From NCBI RefSeq assembly GCF_009834535.1, contig NC_045697.1, positions 94,490,001 through 94,554,000 of the forward strand: a DNA stretch of 64,000 nucleotides. Direction: 5' to 3'. Under the pieces are notes generated by a model. That model did no database searches. It saw only the letters and a program-made list of their open reading frames with translations, and was not told where the DNA came from. This document shows, piece after piece, positions 37,793-48,043 of the stretch (the first letter of the stretch is position 1; each line of letters begins with the position of its first letter). A program made the position numbers and the translations under genes. The DNA is from Camelus ferus (taxonomy: Eukaryota).

Positions 37793-40639
37793 ACATATAT
37801 GTTCCGAGGGACAGAGACACAGAGAGGCAGAAACAGGCACAGGGACAGAGTCAGATGGAAAGAGAGACAGAAAGAAACAGAAAAGAGTTCAACTGTAAAT
37901 GGAGTACCAACAAATTTGTAGGGCTGTGAAGCCTCAGAGATATTTCATCAAAGGATAATTTATTGGTTCGCGAAATGTGATAGGACTCTAACAAATCTGA
38001 GTTATTCATATTTACATTTATTTAAAGATTTCAACATATTATCAGCTATATTGAGTATTTCAAGATGTTCTCCTAGCAGAGGACATTTATTTGTGTATAT
38101 TTTTGTTTTGTTTTATTTTACTTTGTTTTTAGTTCCTTGTTTCAAATAGCTGAACATTTTTAAAAACTTGTTCAAAATTAATGGTAGATCACCAGTCTCT
38201 CACTCATTGCTCTTAAAATTTTACCTGACTCTGAACAAGAGGAAAGAACTAACACAATTTTCCCATTATTGTGCAATGCTTAAGTTATACTTCACTGTTT
38301 AAAAAATTTAAAATCTATAGTAGACTTGTTTAAAATTACAAAAGAGAAAAAAACTTTTACATAAAAATAATTTAGAAATAATGAATTTTGAACATTATTT
38401 CATTTTAGAAAAATATAGCAATAAAATTACATCATTTTTGTTAATCATATTGCGTATAAAGCGTATCACTTTTATAGACAAAATTCATCACTTCTGATAA
38501 TTTCCACAAATCTTTTAAATTATTACTTGTAAAACATTGCAAAGTTGAATTTTGCTTCATGGTTCACACCTCTTCTCATGTAGGTGTTTTCTCCTACTGT
38601 AGCAAATGTATTACAAATTTGGAGTTCACAGTGGATGATTCTCTTTAATACCTATGAATAATTAACAAAATAGTATGTAGTAAAGGAAAGAATATTAAGA
38701 CATGAAATATTGTCTAATTATATGTTTTAAAGATTTAAAATATCATTTGATGTGATTTTAAATATAAAATATATACATTTCAAAAATTTTTGTATATGTG
38801 TATTATTTTACTTTTGGCATAAGTCATTAGAATTAGAATTTCAAACTTCTAAACTTGTATGGTATAGGTATTTTCATAATTTTATATCAATAAGCATATA
38901 TTATTCATACATTTATATGCTATACTTTACTTTTAATAGTTATAGAGATTTGACCTTTTATAAAAAATATAATATATGAAATATGTCTTCAGTAAAAAAG
39001 AACACATTTAGCATGTTCTAAAGGTATTTTTCTTATATGTTTAAAATTTAAAGTGGTCTTTTCAAAATATATTCTAAAATACAATAGTAAGGACAATAAC
39101 TGTATACCTAATGTGTTTGACTGAAGATGGGAAACCTGTATCTTTAGAGGTTAAGACAGTTTTGTAAAAGTACCACAGAAGAAGAATATTTTATTTTTCC
39201 TTTGTATGTGTGTGGTTCTTATTCCTTATTGTTATATATGATACATCAGAGGAAAATTTGAAGGAGGATTTATCATAATCTTTGTCAGAATGTTCTGTAC
39301 AGTACATTCATAATGCAAAATTCTCATCTAAAATTCAGGACATTATTTTATGAAAAAAATATGTTACACTCAGAAGTCAAACCCTATTGTTAAGATGAGT
39401 TAGGACCTTGGTAGTGAAAGTAAGCAAATGCTGCTGCACTTCAATATGTAAATCACTATTAGATACACTGTAAACCCATATATTAATTAGGAAATTGTTT
39501 TCCTTTTTTTGCTTTTTACCAAAACCTTCATTTAATTCCTCACTATAGCTTTTATTTCCTCTTTAAAAATTAAGTTCTAAATTTACTTTGACATACTTCA
39601 ACTACATTCATATATCACATAAAAAGTTTCAAAACTTCTTGTCTTCTGTTATTTACAGTTCTCAAGTACTTATTATTAAACTTGAAAATGGGATCATAAA
39701 ATCATGTGTACTGATAGCAAAACAAACACACTTATCCTTATAAATGCTCTTATGGTGGTTAACAGCATAGAAGCTTGTCTAGCATTATTTTAACGACTTT
39801 TCTAAAGGAAAAAAAAGCAATAAAACAGAATTCTCAATTTGATGACAAGTGTTACGTCTTAGTAGTTTTTAGAAAAATACTAAGTCATCAAAGAATGTGA
39901 TGGCAATTAGGAGATTTGATAAACAAAATTGTATTATATACCAAAGGTTTGCATTTTCTTGGGATAGGGAATTTGTACCTAAAAATAATGTACATATATG
40001 TGATTCTGGGGGTAAATTAGATGTTTAAATGACCAAAATTTTTAACTAATTAAGACACGTTTTTGCTTCATTGTGAAATATGCACTTTAAAATGAATTGC
40101 AGAATATGAATGTACCATCTTCTAATGTAATGAAACAGCATGGATCTTTTCTATTATCTAAAAGATTTAAACCAGAGGGAAATAGAAAGTCACAGTGCAA
40201 TTTCACCTTTTATAACTTCTCTTCAACTCTTTGTGAATATATTCAGTATATTCAGGAAACTAGCTCAAAATTAAATCTTAAAAATGTTAGCAGACCCTTG
40301 CTATTTTTGAAGCAATTCTAGAATACCTTAGTGGGAGTAGGAGGGGTCTTTAAAAAACTATTTGATGTATTTTTCTCTTTTGCTCCTCTTCTGAGTTCAA
40401 GTGTAGTAAAATTAGAAGAGAATGAGATATGTGGGAAATCAGTAGCTATGCTGGCATTGCAACTTAAAAGAATTAATACAAAAATAAACTTTATTTTCTA
40501 CATGTAGATAATTTAGAGATCAGGTTGAATGTTTGGAAAGTGTACATATTCAAAATAAACTGATGGAAAAGGAAATTGGAACTTAGGAAATTTTTTTAGT
40601 TCATTTTTTTAAACATTAAATTTTAAAAAGTTAACTCCT

Positions 40640-40803
40640 GATCAAGTAGGTTTCAAAACAAAGTACTAGAGATAGAGAGGAATATTATGTAATGACACAG
40701 GTTTGATTTACCAGAAAAATTGAACAAATAATAGAATCTCCAAAGACATGAAACAAAAACTAATAGTTGAAAGAGATCTAGACAAATCCACAGCTATAGC
40801 TGT
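40640..40803 (+). mobile_element. Short old L1 ORF2 endonuclease fragment
   Basis: 'actagagatagagaggaatattatgtaatgac', 'atgaaacaaaaactaatag...agacaaatccacagctatagctg'. Confidence 0.6.
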
Positions 40804-41539
40804 CTCCTACTTTTCCGTATAGTACTTCTATCAGTTACAGTTACAACTTCACTAAATACATGATATTAGCACTCTCTGTACATACTGTACCACACTGTAT
40901 GTGGACTTCAAGTGTTGGTATAAGCTACCATATCACTGATGTCTACATTGAAGTGTAAATGTCCTCTTTAATATTGAGGAAATAAAAAATGTGGTCAATA
41001 GGTAAAGAAAATATTCCAAGAAAGTTGAAGTGATACCATGTCTATTTCCTATCAAATGATTAATAGTTATCAATGGTAGTTAAATAGTTGAATAATCATA
41101 CTGAAAGGATGAAATGTGCATTTGGAGAGGAAGATTCAGAAATAGAACAACAAAATAAGGAAGTATATGATTAATAGACTTCTGAATATATACATATATA
41201 CTTGGCTCTAAATAAAAAGTACAAAGTGCTGAGTGTGCAATGGTCATGATTTCTTAAATTATCTATCTTCTCCTGAGGTATTTCATTCCCTTGTTCAATT
41301 GTGCCCCCTTTTCTCCACAGCTTAATCATGGAAACTAATATTTGACACAGAAAATTTCCACACTCTATGTCCACACTTCAACCACAATGCCTCTAACTCA
41401 GAGCTCCTTGACTATCATCTCCCAGTCTTGTTTTCTTTCCATGTACCTGGTCAGCTGATCAGGCCATTTGCCACCTAGAAGCAGTCTTCTGCTTAAGCAC
41501 TTTTAAATATATTCACTATTTTGTGCCTCAATAAAACCC

Positions 41540-41680
41540 TGTCTTACAGGTATCAATATGATCTTCCCACCTTTAATGATGAGGAAAGTATTTGCCCAAA
41601 GTCATACTGTGACTTTGTAAGTACTAAGTAAGTGGCAGCGCCAGGATTTGAATCTCAGCAATATGGCTCCTGTATCCCTT
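41540..41680 (-). mobile_element. MIR SINE
   Basis: 'atttgcccaaagtcatac...aagtaagtggcagcgccaggatttgaatctcagc'. Confidence 0.7.
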
Positions 41681-43169
41681 ATGCTTGTGAAATTTCTTTA
41701 GATTAGCTCTATTCAGTCAAGAAATCTGACAAGTGTATGTTGTACACTTGCTCAGGTTACTCATTCCAGCTACATGGAGCAAGCATCCGGGAGTGTTTAG
41801 GAATGACAAAGAAGTGTGGGGAAAAGTCCCCTATCAAAATTGGATGTACAGTTTCTATTTAAGTTGAACTGTTCTAGGATTAGCTAATAGGCTACTTTTA
41901 TTAAATGTGACTCAACATTATTAGACATATTTGATTGACCCAACCTATAAGCCTCAAAAATAATGTGGATAAAAGCAATTTTTACCTTGGCTACCATGAT
42001 ACAAAAATTCACAGTGGCAGCTAAGTGAGATATCAAATTTCTCTAGTCTAATTCTGTCACAAACTGTGATGGAATTACATTTTGAATTTAAAAGAATATC
42101 ATGTATAATTGTTACTCGTTCTTATTCATGACCAACTTGACCCAACCTGATTGATTTGCAAATAAATTATACACAGTTTCAGTGGGTGTACAGTGTTTTA
42201 ATTGCTGAGTATACTTGCCTATAAATAAAGTTTTTTTCCAGAGTGTTTCTTTCCTTTTATTCTCCAGCAAAACTATGAATTAAAAATTGTGACCTTAATA
42301 TTTCTCAATCTTTGTGTAGTATTGGAGTGAATTAGAGCATAGAAGTTTACATTCTGATCCACATTCATAGAAATTTTTCAGAACTTGGATATTATATTGC
42401 CACAATCTAGGGAACTGGGAACATTTGATCAAGGTACCTGTATCCTTGACTTTTATATTCTTATTTTCCTAATTAGTACAGAAAATATGAATAGAGAAAT
42501 AAACCCAAGGTAAAATAAAAAAAGAAGTATAATTATCTTTCTTTTTTTCTGAAATATGATCAATTGGGGACCATTTGTATTAGCTACCTTCAGGAATTAT
42601 GCTTCAGTTTCAGTGGTTCTGAAGAGATTTTGTGATAATTAGGAAATTTTCCCTGTAAGCAAAATGCTTAGAGTTAACATAAATACTGATCTGGATCAGG
42701 GTCTCTGTGGATTATAGTTTCACTGAGTGGCATTTTTATCTAATTTACCAAACAGTGGCATGCCTGGTAGTAGTAGGGGCTGGAATTTGAAAAAGATAAG
42801 CCATGATCCTCAGTCTGCAAGGACAGACAATACAAAGTGATCGTCTCAGAATGGGATTTTGATGTGCCATTGACATTTAAAAAAGGAGAAAAGTTCATTG
42901 AATGGGAAAGACTGCAGGAAGTTTCATGGAGAACATAACATTTTATTTAACCTGTAGCTTGTAAAAGCTTCAAAATGTGTGCTGAGGCCCTCAAGTTAAG
43001 AAAGTAGGCCAGAGAGAGTTACATATACATGAAAGTGGAAGAAATATGTATAACAGAGATGAAGCTAGCTTGATTAAAAGGAAAGTGCACAAAAAGGGAA
43101 GTGTCTTCATTCTGAATCATCAGTTTTTCACATCCATTTTGTTTCTAAAATATTACTCTTGTGAAAGTC

Positions 43170-43720
43170 ACCTGCTAACGTACTATTCAATGATCAAGTC
43201 TAAGCCTACATATTTGACAACTATTAGCAACTTTTGACTCAATCATGCTCCTCTTTATGTGTTTTGTTCACTTGGCTTCTGTGGTAACATAATCCTCTGC
43301 ACCCATCTATCCCACTGGCGTTGCTGGCTCAGTCTTCTGGTATGAATTATTCTTATTCATGACCTCTAAATGTGGCCATGACTGGTGTTTGTCGAAGGGC
43401 CTTCTCTATCTATTTTCCTTGCTAAGTGATATCATCCAGTGCCATGGTTTTAAATACTATCTGAACACCAATAACTCCAAATTTATATTTCCAATTTGAT
43501 CATCTTGGCTAAATTACACAGTTGGATAATCTCTTAAATGTTAAATACACAGTGCAAAATTAACATGCCCAAAGTCAAACTTGAATCGCAACTGGCTTCT
43601 TCTCTCAGATTTTTCCTAACATTTAATAACAAATTTGTATATGCACCTGCTCAAATTAAGTCTTGGTTCATATCTTTTTTTCACATCAAAAATCAAATTG
43701 CTTAGCAAACTCAGCTTAGA
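43170..43720 (+). mobile_element. L2 LINE fragment
   Basis: 'cacttggcttctgtgg', 'gtgatatcatccagtgccatggttttaaatactatc', 'ataactccaaatttatatttcc', 'aacatgcccaaagtcaaac'. Confidence 0.75.
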
Positions 43721-43724
43721 AATA

Positions 43725-44035
43725 CATTTGACCCTTGAACGATAGAGGTTTGAGCTGTGTAGCTCCAATTACATGCATATTTTAAAAATAAACATATTGG
43801 AAAAATTTTTTGAGATTTAAAACAATTTGAAGAAACTGGAAACAAACTAAGTAGCCTATAAATGTGGGAAAAAATTAAGAAAAAATTTTGACATCATAAC
43901 TGCATAAAATATATGTAGATATTAGTCTGTTTTATCATTAGCTATCATAATGATATACACAAATCTATTGTAAAAAGGTAAAATTTATCAAACTTATGAA
44001 CACAAACAGAGATTGTACATGGTGTTATCCACAGA
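43725..44035 (+). mobile_element. Tigger2-type DNA transposon, 5' end
   Basis: TA followed by TIR 'catttgacccttgaac'; 'tgcataaaatatatgtagatattagtctgttttatcatt', 'tatacacaaatctattgtaaaaagg'. Confidence 0.85.
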
Positions 44036-44039
44036 AGGC

Positions 44040-45125
44040 TCGGGAGACTGAAAAAAATAAGCAGACACTACAGGAGAGATGATGAATGGAGAAAGCAAAC
44101 AGGATAAGGTGAGTTTGTGATTTCAGTGGCTCAGCCCAGCCCACAGACTTTCTGGATTCTGGTTTACAGTATCAGGGGAAGGAGTCAAGGCAACCAAGAC
44201 TCCTGGGCAGACTTGGGAAAGGAGAGAGCCAGAGACAGGTAACCCCAAAATGTATGTTTAAACTCTACCCAAGTCTCAGGATGACATCTGAACCATGCAT
44301 TTAATGAGTGAGCTGAGATCATTCTGAACTGAAATTTGAGCTACCACTTATGGCAGGCAAGAGAGAATTTGCAGCTTGAGTCTAACAAAGTTAATTGCCT
44401 GGTAAAACAAATATATCAACAGGCTTCAAAGGAATATCGTAGAATCAACAATCTACATGGCAACACATCGTAAAGTTGGGTGTAAAGTTCAAAATCATTC
44501 AACATATGAAGAAACATGAAAATGTTCTCAAAGGGAAAGATGATCAGAGTTCATCCTGTGATGACCTAGATGTTGGAATTATAAAACAAAGACTTGGAAG
44601 AAGCTATCATAACCAAGGGCATTAAGGTAAAGGAATTTACTCTTGACATAAATTAAAAAATAGGTGACTTCAGAGAAATATAAAATACTGAAAAGAACCA
44701 AATGGAAATTATAAAACTGAAAAATTCATATCTTAAATTAAAAAAAATCCCTGGGTGGATTAAGTGGCAGAAAGAAGTTTAAAGAGTAAAGGGCCAGTGG
44801 GCTTGAAAATACACCAATAAAAATTATCCAGTAAGAGAAAGAAAAAAATGGACAAATAATGAACAGAGGTCCATGAATCTGGAGAAAAAGGGAGAAAGCC
44901 TAGCATATGGGTAATTGAAATCCTAGAAGGATAAATGAAAGAAAATGAAGCAGAACAATATTTGAAAAACTAATAGTTCAAAATTACCTTCAAATATTGG
45001 AAGACATAAATTTTTAAATTTAAGAATCTCAGCAAAACTCAAATGAGTTAAATTTGAAGAAAACCATTCTTGACCACAACTTGGTCAGGCTACTAAGAAC
45101 CAAAAATCAAAAGAAAGATCTTTTA
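44040..45125 (+). mobile_element. Old L1 5' UTR/ORF1 remnant
   Basis: 'gatgacctagatgttggaattataaaacaaagac', 'aaagaaccaaatggaaattataaaactgaaaaat', 'gggtaattgaaatcctagaagg'. Confidence 0.7.
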
Positions 45126-45170
45126 AGCATTTTTCACTCTCTAATAGCATGTAACACAGAAGCATCACAA

Positions 45171-45917
45171 TGTAACGGTTAAGCATCCCATGGCTGAAGT
45201 CAAAGTCAGACTACATGTGTTCATCTATTATCTCTACCATCCGAGGAGGCTACTTCTGGCCAAAGTATTTATTTGTGATTTTTCAGGCCAGATCATAGAC
45301 ACCTACAGTATCCCTACCTGGCAGGCCTCATGGGGGAAAGCTGCCCTCCATACAGAAAACTTGATGCACACAAAGCATTTGTCTCTGGAGGGGCTGCAGG
45401 CAAGGATTCAGGCCCCTCTGGCCAGCCATGCTCTTATGCAATTTGCATTCTTGACCCAGGCATCTACATTCCAATATTTATTTGTCTAAGGTTTTCAGCC
45501 CAGATCTTGTTCAGACATCTCAGCTGAGGGCTCCTTATGGGCCAGGGGATGGGAGAGGGGACCTTTAAGACTTTTTCCCTTACTCTCAGTTCCTAGAAAT
45601 ATTCTACTCCTAGCCCTCCATCTTTTCCCTCCCCTGACTCCTGGGTCCATAAAACTTCAGAAGCCTTTTGTTCTGGGATCTCTGGGCAGTGAGATAGCTC
45701 TCAGGTCTGTGCTGATTCACCTGACTTTTGCCAATGTGCCTTGTTCTCTGCAGGAAATGGAACTAGGGAAGTCGATGCTTTCCCTGGTTGAGTCTCTTGT
45801 TTACACTATAAGTAATTAAAGTCTTGATTCTAACTTCCGTTTTGACTTGTTGCTTTAATCTACTACTCTGACACTTGGCAGCTTAATTCTCTTTCTAGCT
45901 CAAATGAGCTCTTGACA
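45171..45917 (+). mobile_element. 5' LTR of a class III (ERV-L/ERV-S-like) provirus
   Basis: TGTAAC...TGACA ends, TATA-like CATAAAA at ~45648, ATTAAA at 45815-45820, directly followed by a PBS. The 5' boundary is inferred. Confidence 0.75.
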
Positions 45918-45920
45918 AAT

Positions 45921-45938
45921 TGGCTCAGCCAGCAGGGT
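45921..45938 (+). promoter_or_regulatory. Retroviral primer-binding site, tRNA-Ser
   Basis: TGGCTCAGCCAGCAGGGT begins after a 3-nt gap following the LTR-terminal CA. It matches the recalled complement of the tRNA-Ser(UGA) 3' end (TGGCGCAGCGAGCAGGGT) at 16/18. Confidence 0.75.
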
Positions 45939-46647
45939 ACTCGACTAAGCACAATGCCATTGTGAAGAGCAAAATGCCTGAAAATCCTGCAGAGCACCTC
46001 TCCGACTCTGGTGCACATTCTTCATGGGTGCTAGTGGACCATTTGCCAGTCTTAGAGCCCCATAAGCACTTCACCTGCCATGGGGAGTGGTCATGGGGAA
46101 TATTTACAGAAGCAACGCTGCATTCTTTGGGGTTGCTAGTACATTGCTGATACAAAGTTTTGTTTGTTTGGTTGGTTGGTTTTGTTTGTTTGTTTGTTTG
46201 TTTGTTGCTTCCAATGAGGATCTTTGATCCTTCTCTTTGGCCCCTGACTCTTGGCTAAGATCACATAGTAGGTTAGATTACAGACCCAACAGTCAGGTTT
46301 GAAAAATGCTAGGGAAGGAGTTCCCTAGCCATTGTATGTGGGCTTCAAAAGGACCAGAGGTGGTTGAGAGATTTTTGGGAGCTAAATAACTGTAAGCAGG
46401 TCTCTAGGGCTGATAAAAACCTAGCAGTGCAGCAGGTTGTTGAAATTTTAGAGGGGGAAAAAAAGAGTACAGAGCTATTTAGGACTGATTAGTCCTGTGG
46501 CACCAAAGACATCTCAGAGATTTAGTTAGATCTTCTCCAAAGGTATCTTGCTAAAGCTAAGAAGGGACAGTGGCCAAGTGTGGTGCACTTAGTACAAACT
46601 CCTTCCTCAGAGAGCCCAGAGAGCAGGTGCCGCCAAGAAATGACAAG

Positions 46648-46668
46648 CAGCAGCAGCAGCAGCAGCAG
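46648..46668 (+). repeat. (CAG)7 trinucleotide repeat
   Basis: Counted directly. Confidence 0.95.
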
Positions 46669-46970
46669 CCCCAGCCTGCCCCGCACAGCCCCTTGGAGAC
46701 TGACCAGGAAATGGTTACCCACTCCTGCAGGCTGCTCCGCCCAGCTCTCCACTTTACTCGCCCCAACCCAGAGAGACTGTAGCTAAATCCTGCTGGGTAG
46801 CCCTGTGATTGACAAGGGCTCTGTTCCCTCCACTCCTCCCTGTGGGGCTGGGCAGGGAAGTGAGGCAAAAGGGTGGATGGCTCGGCCAGTCTTAGTCCAG
46901 AACTCTAATATTCAGAAATAAACTAGACCAGAGCTTAAGCCCATGTTCCTCTGTCCCCAGGAATTACCAG

Positions 46971-47232
46971 AGGCCCCATGCCAAGTTTACAGTTAAATGG
47001 GGAGATAAAAGAAAATTGCATTTTGGGGGCTTTTTAGAAAATGATGTACAGGTGATAGTGATCCTGGCAAAACTTAGCATCAAAATAAGAGATAAACAAA
47101 TGATGCTTTCAAGTTTGGGGGTTGAAACCACCACCACTGGGACCCTTGACGAAGCCTGACTCTGGGTGGGTCCCTTTGGGTCCCTACAAACTTCTATGGT
47201 ATGAATGTATCATTGCTACTGACATATTGTCT
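46971..47232 (+). pseudogene. Decayed ERV-L/S-type aspartic protease remnant
   Basis: Manual translation gives RPHAKFTVKWGDKRKLHFGGFLENDVQVIVI...LWVGPFGSL...ECIIATDILS, parallel to the class III pattern RP..VTVHWG...F.GLLDTGS..T.IP...VGP.G...ECIIGIDIL. The catalytic DTG has mutated to END and there are frameshifts. Confidence 0.75.
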
Positions 47233-47611
47233 ACGTGCACCTCTGCTAGACTTCACCCCACACTCTTCTTTTGGTACTTGTAAAGAAATAGACAACTTAT
47301 ATTTAAGACTATTAATGCTGTGACCTCTCAAGATAAACAATGAGAAATTCTAAAACTGAACTGGAAGACTTTAGGATTAATATTACTTCAAGATAATTAT
47401 CTGTGTTGTGGGCACACAGTACAGGCACAGCTCAGAGATACTGCAGGCTCGGTGCCAGACCACCACAACAGAGTGATTATCTGAATAAAGAGAGTCACAT
47501 GCACATGCATTTTTTTTTGTTTCCCGGTGCATATAAAAGTTATGTTTATACTGCACTGTAGTCTATTAAGTATTAAATAGCACACTTTTTTGTCTACAAA
47601 ATGTACATACC

Positions 47612-48043
47612 TGTCAGCCGAGGGAGGCTGGAGAGGGATTCGAGGAGGTGAGATGCCGCAACTGGAACAAGGCACGAGGAGCCGACATTATGCGCGAGGA
47701 GCAGACATGGAGCAAAACAGCACTTTATTACAGTACAAACGGGCGGCGCGCATGGTGGGCAGTGGCGGCGGCGGCGGCGGCGGCGGCGCTCAGCACTTTC
47801 CTCTAGTTCAACAAGACGGCACGCCGCCGGCATGGCGCAATTGTCTTTTTTGTATATTCTGCCTGTTCACGCGTATTGTTCATAATGCGGTACTCATACT
47901 ATTGGCACATGCGTATTGGCTACACTACTGGCGCATGCGTGGTGGTCACGCTACCGGCGCATGCGTACATTTACCTGTTACCAGGTGCAAGCTATTGAAC
48001 TTTGGCCTGGGCCCCATGGCCTACTCACTTAAGGCTGTCGACA
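47612..48043 (-). mobile_element. CpG-rich solo LTR (class III-like, 5-bp TSD)
   Basis: TGTC...GACA inverted ends, TSD ATACC (47607-47611) / ATAAC (48044-48048), minus-strand AATAAA at 47724-47729, TATA-like motif at ~47846-47858, CCAAT boxes at 47901 and 47915. Confidence 0.88.
47764..47787 (+). repeat. (GGC)8 trinucleotide repeat inside the LTR
   Basis: Counted directly. Confidence 0.95.
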
